Of a stretch of DNA of 53,735 nt, positions 10,801 through 19,271 are shown piece after piece. Position 1 is the first letter of the stretch; every line of letters begins with the position of its first letter. The translations under genes and the position numbers were made by a program. The notes beneath the pieces are model-generated. The model worked only from the letters and a program-made list of their open reading frames with translations, did not search any database and had not been told where the DNA came from. Source of the stretch: a virus (lineage: Duplodnaviria > Caudoviricetes); the IMG/VR virus record IMGVR_UViG_3300023223_000794, positions 1-53,735 of that record; one strand, given 5' to 3'.

Positions 10801-11624
10801 CTTATCTTGCAACAGTATCAGGGGCTATGGGTATTCAAGCAGACTATGCGCTAGCTGGTTATAAAACCTTCCTTTCTGATCAGAATCAAGTTCGTGGTGC
10901 ATTGCCTTTCTTTCCTCTTGCAGACCTCGGTGCACAGATGGTTAAAACTACAGCGGATGCTCAGAAAGCTCTTCGAGATGGCGTTTCACCCTTTAACGTA
11001 GCATTACAGACCGCAGAACAATATGCCCGTGGTTGGAACCAATACGCAAACGTTATCTTTGCAGCTACAGCACGTCCAGCAGAGCGGTCACGCGTTAACC
11101 GTAACCGGGATATTGTCGCATTCCAATCTCTTAACAACGAGCCCCCAGATCCACGGTTTAACTTTTCCCCTTACTTTGACCCCAACATCCGTAAGTATAA
11201 ACGTTCTGAAGATCCTGCCGAGATTGGGAAGCTTCTACCTCCACTCCTCTCTCGTATAGTCAGAGACTATGCAGAAGATCCTATAGCATTACAGGCCCGG
11301 CTTCAGTCATTAAACTCCGAGTCAGTAACCTACCTACCAGATAGCACCGTGGATGAACTACTTTCTTTGAAGAACATGGAATTCATTTCCTGGAAAGCTC
11401 GTACAGATTCTCCAAAACATGCCGCACAACTTCTGGTTAACCAATACTCAGGGAATCTAGTTAACGGAGTTAAGAATGAGATCGTTGCAGGATTCAGCGA
11501 TCTTGTTGGAAACGATTTGGATTTGTTTGATCCACAGTTCATACCTAAAGGTAAAGCCCCAAGAGATGCGGCGCAGCAAGTATTTGAACAACCCACTACG
11601 CCACCACCGCCTTTATTTCGTTAG
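7899..11624 (+). CDS. Large internal virion / DNA ejection protein
   Basis: 1241 aa, helical, with a hydrophobic Ala/Gly segment; last gene of the late arm. Confidence 0.6.
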   Translation: MPPQAITSVDADELMVLLNSGDIKPEQLEDPPETSTPQSISPQASLELLASESARKASDARQEHAVIMARNEQKVKRTALLQEQRELTRQQNQVDRAENAGVIPVTVAEGFGNFGGALMKPLKTVAPRVTPNEVAHAFNIRTDFSRNVAAPFINAFSTVANESTSPMMIVGSLAGIGPGKAAVAGVMKTAGALTALTVPSRVKETAIAAGRGDVPQAIENAVIGGLEVAGIGAAFKTGSILKRQAREASSETPGLSVQGKEDFKRMEEEVFDELDTILKEKVDEKTTFEEIAQMIEVTMGPDARVHIPGAWNKMLRAKRPRYDLDNTTELIVNVAKNAPDARAKQIAKPTPKSFVGRANIVEPAVNKIARLGAAGKHLAVAFIEHARMKARLRGPLETKPFLVIKKAKLSKDEKETLEFFLWEQQNKDQGNRSILWEDLSDAQKNVATELRSYFHGTQAAQNSPELNIEVDNRRARSDPNYFPGIVSREVLLEITNSPEAPFALARKEDWITHTMEQAQRRVNATRGAKESVGPGVTAPQPGPGTSDPLLTREGATSAYEEFITGISKTTRQIMEENPNNPQAQQQAFAAIRQEQGLGIPWSWTDKDLSSVVTRYGRRVGSDMAFDLAFRSNPVARTVYGLQKPGANNPKNVPGTDIPIQRSFAANPMVNKLYAQEIADLDFASPGTAEAIATEAGVLLKSGLLTIAKSGIRDLLSNQANMAPHIRMSDVENFHKATKNLSFNAVRAYELGLGKESMLALTDPTRGLPGIALRMRQAAEFQQKWAGRTLYENGIRTHTLGMADLVSMDFRAQMFRAPNGEIRGPKEALRFMDDFGDTVNWQPYIGPEAQAMPPRLQDEMSARFVESMQGTFDLRQVPTGVLDTRSFIRGFTTFMSYPIGRGNEWNNKVLEPLLRGNATPFFKSTLAAPLAGAATLAYNEMLSGLRSSGATFEEAMDQDELDDAMFRLAYLATVSGAMGIQADYALAGYKTFLSDQNQVRGALPFFPLADLGAQMVKTTADAQKALRDGVSPFNVALQTAEQYARGWNQYANVIFAATARPAERSRVNRNRDIVAFQSLNNEPPDPRFNFSPYFDPNIRKYKRSEDPAEIGKLLPPLLSRIVRDYAEDPIALQARLQSLNSESVTYLPDSTVDELLSLKNMEFISWKARTDSPKHAAQLLVNQYSGNLVNGVKNEIVAGFSDLVGNDLDLFDPQFIPKGKAPRDAAQQVFEQPTTPPPPLFR

Positions 11625-11628
11625 GGTC

Positions 11629-11979
11629 TTACTTCTTATCTGCTCTCTCTTGCGCAGCTTGATCAGTGTACTTAAAGTTTTTATACCGTACACTAAGCTT
11701 CTTTATGTTATGCTTAATGCATCGATTTCTTGATATACCTAACTCTTGTCGTAAACCTTCCATATAGAATTCAAGGTCACCTAATTCTTCAATCACATTC
11801 TCTAGATCGAGGGGTTTTTGATAAATTGCCCATTTCTTAATAGCGTCAAGCAATTCACCAGCTTCACCAGAAATACCTACAGCCATGTGTAAGCTATTAG
11901 CTTGTCCTATAGTGAGTTCTATTATTATGTCTTCACCAGGTTTAACTAGCGTTGTAACCATTTGTTGATGTTTAGTCAT
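11629..11979 (-). CDS. mazG: MazG-like nucleoside triphosphate pyrophosphohydrolase
   Basis: GISGEAGELLDAIKK...EELGDLEFY...NIKKLSVRY, the phage MazG ExxE..ExxD signature. Confidence 0.9.
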   Translation of the reverse strand: MTKHQQMVTTLVKPGEDIIIELTIGQANSLHMAVGISGEAGELLDAIKKWAIYQKPLDLENVIEELGDLEFYMEGLRQELGISRNRCIKHNIKKLSVRYKNFKYTDQAAQERADKK

Positions 11980-11983
11980 TATA

Positions 11984-12355
11984 TTAGGTAGTTTTTATTG
12001 TTACATGTTCACCATCGTCACTTGAACTTAAGTGTTCATTTGTATGATTACATTCTACGAATTCTACAAGACAAAGGTTTGCTATGTCCACTAGGTGCTC
12101 CTTATTCCCGGTTTTCTCATAGAGATTTAACTGTCTTCTAATTAATGGAATCCTATCCCACTCAGGTTTTTCTGGGGAACGAAGTTTCCCGTAGCGAAGT
12201 GCTCCCATAATAAGGCGATTTCGCATAAAGGTTTCGAACGCTTCAGACCACTCGCTAAGCTTTAACGTTTCGTATATACGTTTCGATTCTGCCTTTGATC
12301 CATTAACTCTCGTTAGAAGTCTTCGGCGCATTAGTTGAAAGTAAGTCTCTTTCAT
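11984..12355 (-). CDS. Phage protein, possible all-alpha dNTP diphosphohydrolase
   Basis: MGALRYG...TGNKEHLVDIANLC pattern; adjacent to MazG. Confidence 0.45.
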   Translation of the reverse strand: MKETYFQLMRRRLLTRVNGSKAESKRIYETLKLSEWSEAFETFMRNRLIMGALRYGKLRSPEKPEWDRIPLIRRQLNLYEKTGNKEHLVDIANLCLVEFVECNHTNEHLSSSDDGEHVTIKTT

Positions 12356-12358
12356 TTT

Positions 12359-12619
12359 TTATTCTTTCGGTTCTTTGTCTTGTTCTGGTGGTTCTGTGTA
12401 ATCTAATTCCGAGAGTGCATGATATACGTCATCTCCTGGAAACTTTAAAGTTGCCGCTGTTAGAAGCCCAGGGCATTGCATCACACAACTGTAAAGGTAT
12501 TTACTCCCCTCTTCTAAAGGACCGAGCCAAGTTTTAGCACGACTGTAAACTACGTCACCTGCAACAAGTTTCTGTGATGCTCCTATTTCTTTATAGCCTT
12601 CTGGTATTTTAACGATCAT
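12359..12619 (-). CDS. Hypothetical protein
   Basis: 86-aa ORF, tightly packed in the operon. Confidence 0.55.
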   Translation of the reverse strand: MIVKIPEGYKEIGASQKLVAGDVVYSRAKTWLGPLEEGSKYLYSCVMQCPGLLTAATLKFPGDDVYHALSELDYTEPPEQDKEPKE

Positions 12620-12746
12620 TTTTTAGTTCCTTCTTTACTTATTTCTTTAGTCCATCCTTTTTTTGCTTCGCTTATGTTTTTTCTTAAACCTAGTCCTACA
12701 CCCAGGATCATTGATAATACAACTTTTATTATATGCGTAACTGCGA

Positions 12747-14183
12747 TCATAGTTTTTCTTCTTGTTGTTTAGCTATGGCTTCTTCATAGCGTTTTTCTAT
12801 TTCTACGGCTTGCCCTGCCTCGTCTAACTCTTTACTTGCACGATCTTTAAAGTATTCATTTACTTTATTGTTTTTAACAACTATTTCTACAGTGCCAGGT
12901 TTTGAAACTCTAATGTCCTTACGCATTTGAGCTAACTCAAAAGCTCCTCTTATAACTCCTTTCGAGTATGTAGCTCCTAATGTGCTGTACAAGGTACTAA
13001 TTGCTACGGACCCCCCGTGCCGCTCAACTAACGTCACTATTGTATCAGCCATTCGAGCCTGTGAAGACTTGTTGCTAGAATTCATAGCAGCATATGTAAA
13101 AAGTTCGTATTCTGTCACGATATCCCAAGCTTGATCGATATGATCTATTGTTAAAGCCATTTTCTCCCATGGTTGAGCAAATAACAATGCTAGGGCAAGC
13201 TTTCGTGCGTGCATGTGTTTCCTCGTATAGAAATCATCCATGCGCGGATCTTTAATTGCTCGATTTTTCTTGTTCACAACCCCATCTTGAAATCGAGAGT
13301 TTAAATGGGCTAACACTTCTGGTGGTAAAGCTACTTGCCCTAATGCCTGTGCAACGATTGTAAGATGCTTTAACAATACTGACTCTGCGGCATCTTGTCT
13401 TGGGTCAGCATCTTTCTGAAATACTTCTTCATGTCTAGGTTTATCTGCTTCAAGAAATACCATCCGTGCAAGTAACCCATCTTGAATCATCCCCTTGCTA
13501 AGTATTAAATTCAGATTATCTGTTGTAATACCCCCAAGTAAATTCAAACAGGGATTAGGTATTACATCATCGCCGCGTCCTATAGTTACTTTTCGATACG
13601 AGCTACAGTCCCACATCTTTGCAAGATATACAGTTAATTCTTTTGGCGGGGCACTCCCAAACAACGTGAGTAATTCGTCTAAGATAAAGGCTAGTGAGAA
13701 ATGCGTATACACTAAAGATTTCCCTGTTACCGGATCTTTGTAAAATTTGGTTCGTACAGACTGGGATTGTACGTAAATTAATGCATCATAATTTACATGA
13801 TCAGGCGCAATTTTTACTAAAGCTCTATCGTTCTTTTCATTCTTCGAGGGCTTATTTTCCGCAACACCATAGTATTCTTGTAAAGCTTCTTTTGCATTTA
13901 TTCGACCGGCAATTTCTGCAGACGTTGGTTCGCATTGAAGTTCTTCCAGGAGCTTTTTAATTGTTTCTATTACAATTGATTTTCCATGGCCAGGAGCTGC
14001 AATGAATACAACAAACTGATTAGCAAAAATTGGCATATGTCTTAGAGAACCTAGCCATACGTTACGTTGGAGTGCGGCGGATATCATGGATAAAAATCCA
14101 GCTTTGATAAAAATTTGGGGTGTTGAGAATTTTTCTGTATATGTTAGCCATGCGTCGTATACCTTTCCGTAATTTTCGGGCAT
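12747..14183 (-). CDS. DUF3987/YfjI-like P-loop helicase (putative replicative helicase)
   Basis: Walker A AAPGHGKS, Walker B FILDEL, then PCLNLLGGIT and DGLLARMVF; probable winged-helix C-terminus. Confidence 0.75.
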   Translation of the reverse strand: MPENYGKVYDAWLTYTEKFSTPQIFIKAGFLSMISAALQRNVWLGSLRHMPIFANQFVVFIAAPGHGKSIVIETIKKLLEELQCEPTSAEIAGRINAKEALQEYYGVAENKPSKNEKNDRALVKIAPDHVNYDALIYVQSQSVRTKFYKDPVTGKSLVYTHFSLAFILDELLTLFGSAPPKELTVYLAKMWDCSSYRKVTIGRGDDVIPNPCLNLLGGITTDNLNLILSKGMIQDGLLARMVFLEADKPRHEEVFQKDADPRQDAAESVLLKHLTIVAQALGQVALPPEVLAHLNSRFQDGVVNKKNRAIKDPRMDDFYTRKHMHARKLALALLFAQPWEKMALTIDHIDQAWDIVTEYELFTYAAMNSSNKSSQARMADTIVTLVERHGGSVAISTLYSTLGATYSKGVIRGAFELAQMRKDIRVSKPGTVEIVVKNNKVNEYFKDRASKELDEAGQAVEIEKRYEEAIAKQQEEKL

Positions 14184-14199
14184 TAGTTTCCTGAGATTT

Positions 14200-14298
14200 T
14201 TATGTCATGTAAAATCTTAAAGTTAATCCTGCTAATACCACCAATACTATTAGCAGCGCGTAGCCTACTTCTCGTTCCTCTGAACTCCAATAGTTCAT
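14200..14298 (-). CDS. Small membrane peptide (not in ORF track)
   Basis: MNYWSSEEREVGYALLIVLVVLAGLTLRFYMT; ATGA overlap with the upstream stop. Confidence 0.45.
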   Translation of the reverse strand: MNYWSSEEREVGYALLIVLVVLAGLTLRFYMT

Positions 14299-14483
14299 CG
14301 TTGATTATTGTAAGGGGTTTTATCTTTGTTCTTTGCATCAGCTTTTGCTTTCTTGTCATCCCAACAGCCTAGTGTCCAAAGTCCTAAGACTAAGATCCCT
14401 AACAGAAATTGAACTGCAATGAATAGAATAAGCATAGCCTTGCCTAGCCATTTAAAATTCTCAACTGTAAATAATTCTATCAT
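14295..14483 (-). CDS. Small membrane protein
   Basis: One long hydrophobic segment followed by a basic tail; ATGA coupling on both sides. Confidence 0.6.
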   Translation of the reverse strand: MIELFTVENFKWLGKAMLILFIAVQFLLGILVLGLWTLGCWDDKKAKADAKNKDKTPYNNQR

Positions 14484-14737
14484 GTTTTTATTTCCGGTGG
14501 GATTGAAATACCTTGCGCATTATAACGCACAAGATAACCTTTTTCAAAATGCGCCTTCCTGGTTGGCATTAGGAAAAGAAACTCAAAAGGAGCATTAATA
14601 TACTTAGGATTAGGAATCAATCTTTCGTTTACAGCTAGTGAATGTTTTACTTTAAACTTCGATAACCTCAAACCGGTGAATGGTATAGCCATGACTAGCC
14701 CTAACATCAAACCCTGTATAAACTTTCTACGTTTCAT
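14480..14737 (-). CDS. Small protein with twin-arginine-like N-terminus
   Basis: Probable start 14737 (ATGA overlap): MKRRKFIQGLMLGLVMAIPF. Confidence 0.55.
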   Translation of the reverse strand: MKRRKFIQGLMLGLVMAIPFTGLRLSKFKVKHSLAVNERLIPNPKYINAPFEFLFLMPTRKAHFEKGYLVRYNAQGISIPPEIKT

Positions 14738-14973
14738 AACTTTTCTTTCTGTGCATTTTCCCAAAGTTTTACATCCTCTTGTCCCAAACTATTCCATCGT
14801 GTAACCATAAGCTGAGGATTTTTAGGTTGGACATAATGACTAAAACCGCAAGAACATTGCATTCGAACTGCATTCATAAACTCTAGCTCCAGGTCTGTAA
14901 ATATTTCTATGTTATCAAGTTGTTTACAACGTGGACAACAATACAGTAGGCGAAAAAAGTTTTTTACAAACAT
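14734..14973 (-). CDS. Small Zn-ribbon protein (Lar-like)
   Basis: CPRC...CSC...RWN pattern. Confidence 0.5.
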   Translation of the reverse strand: MFVKNFFRLLYCCPRCKQLDNIEIFTDLELEFMNAVRMQCSCGFSHYVQPKNPQLMVTRWNSLGQEDVKLWENAQKEKL

Positions 14974-15056
14974 TACAAATTATTGTTTGTGTATAGAACT
15001 TATTGTACTCAAGATTAGGAATGCATACATAAACTTCCTACGTTTCATAATTTTTC

Positions 15057-15236
15057 TTAATAGTTTAAACCTTCTAAGTAATTTAAACGTTCGAATTCTT
15101 GCTCTTTTTTATATCTTATATAGGCTTCTTCATTAGCTTTTCGTTCAAATTTCCAACAGACAGAGCAAAAATAACTATTCCCTTGTAATTCGTCTTCTTT
15201 TGTTAATGATATTCCACAATTATTACAACTATTCAT
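15057..15236 (-). CDS. Small Zn-finger protein
   Basis: CNNC...CSVC; probable start 15236 overlaps the polymerase stop (ATGA). Confidence 0.5.
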   Translation of the reverse strand: MNSCNNCGISLTKEDELQGNSYFCSVCWKFERKANEEAYIRYKKEQEFERLNYLEGLNY

Positions 15237-16222
15237 AATTTTAACCTTTCCATTTTCTTCACATTTCTTCCCCACTCTGCTTCGGTTTTCATTTGAAACT
15301 TTCTGTCCTTGTGCTCAAACTTAATACTCATAAACTCACTTAACTTTTCCGCCACTTCCTTGACATCTCGTTCCGGTGCTTGCATCAATACGCTGTCATG
15401 CTTATTACTTAGTACGTCCCACTCTACCTTCCCCTTGTCTTCCACATACTCTTGCATTTTTGTCAGCGCTATATGTGTAATACATCCTACAGTACTTTGT
15501 GGACAGTATGAATAATAGCTCTTGATTTTTTCTTGATTCAAATGTCCTGTGATTTTAATCGGATACCCGAATAAATTCACTATTTGCCCTGTGTCAAACG
15601 CCTCACGACGCACTGCGAAATGCCAGCATTTAATCTCTGGAAACAGTGTATGATATATCCTTAGAAACCTGCGTGCTTCGTCTAACGCCAAGTAAACCCT
15701 GCCCTGACTTTTTATCAAACAGTTCATTTGAAAAGTCTGCGCTTCCATGCCATAGTTAGCAGCATGACAAATCATCTTCCCTAGATCATAATATCTAAAC
15801 TCACTAGAATTCGGAAGATACAGTTCTTTAATTAGTTCGTCCAGCGTGGTCCAGTTCTCAGACTTCGCTAATTCTCCTGGTCTACAAGACAAATACCGCG
15901 CTTCAAACAGCTCGGGACTTACTTCCAACTCTTTCGCCCACTCTTTCGAGAACACATGCATTGCTACGAATACGTGTGATTTTACTCCTGCCTGGAATAA
16001 TTCCAAAAACTGCCCAGGCGGTGCAATGTTTGCAACAATAAATGCTTCGGCTCCTGCTTGATCTACGTTTACGAATACTTTATCTTCGTCAGGAATCCAG
16101 AGTGACACCATAGTCTGCGAAGGGTTCTGAACATTCCCTCCCTGCCGAAGTATCGTTTTTCGAGAAGACGCACGATACGTATCAGTTCCAGACAAGGCAT
16201 AGTTAGTTGAGATGCGGATCAT
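15233..16222 (-). CDS. polA: Family A DNA polymerase, C-terminal (palm/fingers) part
   Basis: TDTYRASS..NVQN, motif A VNVDQAGAEA, motif B GKMICHAANYG, PQSTV, motif C NKHDSV. Confidence 0.9.
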   Translation of the reverse strand: MIRISTNYALSGTDTYRASSRKTILRQGGNVQNPSQTMVSLWIPDEDKVFVNVDQAGAEAFIVANIAPPGQFLELFQAGVKSHVFVAMHVFSKEWAKELEVSPELFEARYLSCRPGELAKSENWTTLDELIKELYLPNSSEFRYYDLGKMICHAANYGMEAQTFQMNCLIKSQGRVYLALDEARRFLRIYHTLFPEIKCWHFAVRREAFDTGQIVNLFGYPIKITGHLNQEKIKSYYSYCPQSTVGCITHIALTKMQEYVEDKGKVEWDVLSNKHDSVLMQAPERDVKEVAEKLSEFMSIKFEHKDRKFQMKTEAEWGRNVKKMERLKL

Positions 16223-16383
16223 TTTAATTTCTTCTTAAGCGCATTTAATTTTTCTATGTACAACATCCATTCATCGTAATCTGGATGGTCTATAAGCGGG
16301 TGTGGATACTCGCGTAATAGTAGCAATAATCCATCGCGAAGGCATTCACGCTCAAAAGGGTTTAGTTTTATTGTTTTAGTCAT
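16219..16383 (-). CDS. Small hypothetical protein (54 aa, not in ORF track)
   Basis: MTKTIKLNPFERECLRDG...; its TGA overlaps the ATG of the polymerase C-terminal gene. Confidence 0.55.
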   Translation of the reverse strand: MTKTIKLNPFERECLRDGLLLLLREYPHPLIDHPDYDEWMLYIEKLNALKKKLK

Positions 16384-16432
16384 GGTAGTTCTTGAAGTTC
16401 CAAAGGGTAGAGTGCTTCTTTGCTTCGTATTC

Positions 16433-16732
16433 TTAGATATCCCGAGGTTTCTCGTATTTTACGCCCGGTAGTGGATCCCGTACCATTGTATGCACTTCCT
16501 TTTGAAGATACTGGTTTAAATAATACTCCTCACTCAGGAACTCTGTGTTAAACGGTTTTTCTTCTGTGGCTGCACTCCAAGCAGCCCATAGATCCCGTTC
16601 AAACATAAACGGATTATGACCAGCGCGGCCTTTGTATTTCTTAATCAGATCTTTGCAGAATAACTTTAGGTCTTCTTCTGAAGTTTTTGGAGTAGGCGGA
16701 TTTACTGGTATTGAACTTGAATCTTTACTCAT
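16433..16732 (-). CDS. Hypothetical protein between the polymerase halves
   Basis: 99-aa ORF; no homing endonuclease motif seen. Confidence 0.6.
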   Translation of the reverse strand: MSKDSSSIPVNPPTPKTSEEDLKLFCKDLIKKYKGRAGHNPFMFERDLWAAWSAATEEKPFNTEFLSEEYYLNQYLQKEVHTMVRDPLPGVKYEKPRDI

Positions 16733-16757
16733 TTTCTTTTTCCTTTTCCTTTTCTTG

Positions 16758-17102
16758 TTAGTTGTTGTTAATATCTAGAGTCATTGCGGTAACCCGCATT
16801 ATATGATCTAGAAAAGCAGACTTAATGTAATTAATTATATTTCCAGTGTTCTTTGTTGTAATCATCACGCTTCCTGGAAATGGTTGTGTCCTTTCCATGC
16901 AAGTGATTAATATGCGGTCAGTACAAGCATCATCAGGATTACTTAATCTGATATGTATAGTATAATGACATTCTAAGAAACTGGTAAATAATAAAGTTTT
17001 ACCTCCATTGTTTATGTATTCTATGCAATCGGCCGCACGATAAAGCTTTAAAGCCTTTAACTGCGCAGTCAGGGTTCTTACGTCTTCTTTAGTTAAGTTC
17101 AT
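16758..17102 (-). CDS. Hypothetical protein between the polymerase halves
   Basis: 114-aa ORF; ATGA overlap with the polymerase N-terminal gene. Confidence 0.6.
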   Translation of the reverse strand: MNLTKEDVRTLTAQLKALKLYRAADCIEYINNGGKTLLFTSFLECHYTIHIRLSNPDDACTDRILITCMERTQPFPGSVMITTKNTGNIINYIKSAFLDHIMRVTAMTLDINNN

Positions 17103-18667
17103 AGCTCATCCCAATTCATTGGCTCAAATTTTAACTCTCCTGCAATTTTTGCATATTTCCTATAAGCCAAACACACATCAATCACAGCATTCTTGTCATG
17201 TGCAAGCTTTAGTTTATACATAGAATCTTTCGCTAGACTTGCCAATCCAGTTTTCTTTGATTTCATCACTATAGGATAACATAATTCATCATGGAAATAC
17301 TTAGCTAATTGTGGTGGACTACCAGGATTTATATCATAACCTACTAGCTCTTTTAGCATTCGAAGATAGAAGTTTAACCTTACGTCAATATCCTTTTTAA
17401 GCTTAAGCATTCGTTCTTCGTCCACTTTAATCCCTGTAAGCTCTACAATAATATATGGTCGGATACTTTTAGACACCTGCTCGATACTTGCCTTCACTCC
17501 AGGCCTTATGCTAGCATACGTATCAATTCCTTCTTTAATTAGCATCATAAGTCTCACATCTTTCGCACAATACATCCACAGTTGTTCTTGTTGCTTCGTA
17601 TTGTGTGGGTTAAAAATACCTTCGTCTTTATGAAACGTTTCCTCAGTCCAATAACTTCCGCAGTGTCCAAGACTTCGCTCTATGAATGGAAAACATCGAT
17701 GATGTGCAAGCATAGTATCGTAAAGCTTACGCCCTAGCGGTAGATGGTATTTTCGCGCCAGCACTAAGTAATCAAAACTTTTGCCGTTATGTGCCACAGT
17801 TTGATTTCGAGACATTGCAAAGACCAATGCCCGCAGAATTCTATTCAATGCTGTCGGTGAGTAAACCCCTTCGTACCGAAAGTTCACTAAAGGCACTACG
17901 TATACGTTTTTTGTGTCAAATCCAAAACCAAAGCATGACATCTCAAGCGTCGGCGGCATAGTCTCTATATCCAGGAACAAATCCCTGCCTTCGTTCTGAC
18001 GGAGCACTTGCTCTACAAGTTCTAACGTCGGCACAAGATGGAATTGAGTCTTTACTTCAGGTAGTAACCCTCTGGTAGCCCATTTTCTCGCACGCAGCAT
18101 GTCAGACTTAAACCAAAACCTGTAATTCTTTCTTTGTGTTTTGCCGTGTCGCCGTTTTTCATCCCCGACTTCATCTTTATTGGAGGCTTCATGGCTGGCG
18201 TAAGGATTAAATCTAGCTTCATAATCCACCTGGTCAAAACAATCTTGGTAAGCGAAAGTAGAAGTACAGATAATATCTGTAGTATCCGATCGAATAATTC
18301 CAGTTATTTCTCTCATTCCTGTTATATACTTACACACCTTTGGAGTTCCTCTAGCTTCTTGGAGTAAGTAATCAGTATCCGACGTCTTTATATAAAAGTT
18401 GTGAGCTTTCTCACCCAAAGCTACGATTACTTTAGTCCCCGACCGAATTATTCCAGTATCTCCAAGTATTCGAACTTCTGTATGGTCTAACGAGAACTTG
18501 TTCCCAAGGCAAGATTTTACAAATTTTCCAGCAGTTCCGCTAAGTAACTGTTTTTGGTTATCAAATCTTGATGGATGTGATACTACTAGAGTAATCCCAC
18601 GATACTCTTTTGTAGGATTCATTCGATATGGATAAGGTTTAATCATGGTATTAGACTTATAGGGCAT
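17099..18667 (-). CDS. polA: Family A DNA polymerase, N-terminal part: degenerate UDG-like domain, 3'-5' exonuclease and thumb
   Basis: Exo I LDIET, Exo II AHNGKSFD, DTMLAH, Exo III YCAKD; thumb GIKVD..INPGSPPQL..LAYRKYAK; N-terminal SGTAG..VIVALGEKA resembling family 4 UDG. True start may be a downstream Met. Confidence 0.88.
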   Translation of the reverse strand: MPYKSNTMIKPYPYRMNPTKEYRGITLVVSHPSRFDNQKQLLSGTAGKFVKSCLGNKFSLDHTEVRILGDTGIIRSGTKVIVALGEKAHNFYIKTSDTDYLLQEARGTPKVCKYITGMREITGIIRSDTTDIICTSTFAYQDCFDQVDYEARFNPYASHEASNKDEVGDEKRRHGKTQRKNYRFWFKSDMLRARKWATRGLLPEVKTQFHLVPTLELVEQVLRQNEGRDLFLDIETMPPTLEMSCFGFGFDTKNVYVVPLVNFRYEGVYSPTALNRILRALVFAMSRNQTVAHNGKSFDYLVLARKYHLPLGRKLYDTMLAHHRCFPFIERSLGHCGSYWTEETFHKDEGIFNPHNTKQQEQLWMYCAKDVRLMMLIKEGIDTYASIRPGVKASIEQVSKSIRPYIIVELTGIKVDEERMLKLKKDIDVRLNFYLRMLKELVGYDINPGSPPQLAKYFHDELCYPIVMKSKKTGLASLAKDSMYKLKLAHDKNAVIDVCLAYRKYAKIAGELKFEPMNWDEL

Positions 18668-18909
18668 TTAACTAGAACTTCAAGTTTAGTCTCTAACTTT
18701 GACGATCTTACTAAAAATCCTAGGAATATTATGTCTTCTTTTCCGTGAATATCCACCCTACGCCATAAGTACGCTGCGTTTGTAAGGATTTTTAACTCTT
18801 GCCGGCCTAATTCAATTGCAATGACAGAAAAGTTTTTTTCTTTTGCTTTACTTAAGAGCTGTTGAATTTGCTCGAGTATTAGATCAGGATTTAATAAATT
18901 TTTGCTCAT
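18643..18909 (-). CDS. Hypothetical protein
   Basis: 88-aa ORF in operon. Confidence 0.55.
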   Translation of the reverse strand: MSKNLLNPDLILEQIQQLLSKAKEKNFSVIAIELGRQELKILTNAAYLWRRVDIHGKEDIIFLGFLVRSSKLETKLEVLVKCPISLIP

Positions 18910-18913
18910 ATAG

Positions 18914-19243
18914 CTAAATTCCTTTCATGTCTATTAAAATCCCAAGCGTAATTAACACACAAGTTAGTGCACTTATCGCCAAAAGCATCCAATAGCTCCA
19001 TTTCTCTAGCCTAGTTATCCTATATGTGCTTTTGGCAATTTCGTAGCCTCTCGAGGACAACCCAAAGCCAAGGCTTTTCTGTGACTCCTCAACAGCATTT
19101 AACCTACGTTCTATCGCAGACCATCGACGCTCACGTTCTGTATATACTTTTTTCCAACCATTATTTGCGTTCTCTAATTGCTCAAAACAAATAGTAATCC
19201 GATCATTGAGTAGTTCAAACTCTTCTAAGCTCATGGGTAGCAT
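18914..19243 (-). CDS. Coiled-coil protein with C-terminal TM helix
   Basis: Heptad-like region followed by WMLLAISALTCVLITLGILI. Confidence 0.6.
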   Translation of the reverse strand: MLPMSLEEFELLNDRITICFEQLENANNGWKKVYTERERRWSAIERRLNAVEESQKSLGFGLSSRGYEIAKSTYRITRLEKWSYWMLLAISALTCVLITLGILIDMKGI

Positions 19244-19271
19244 TATCTGTGGTTTTGGGTTAGGTTCTCTC

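Noticed and set aside
16150-16222. Polymerase C-part start MIRIST resembles split-intein C-fragments (MIKIAT)
   Set aside because: No HN/SN-Cys junction follows and the N part has no intein N-fragment; the sequence is the polymerase RI-x-T strand itself.
16223-17098. Group I intron interrupting polA
   Set aside because: No HNH, GIY-YIG or LAGLIDADG ORF or intron core seen; the gap is filled with ordinary ORFs, two of them coupled to the polymerase halves.
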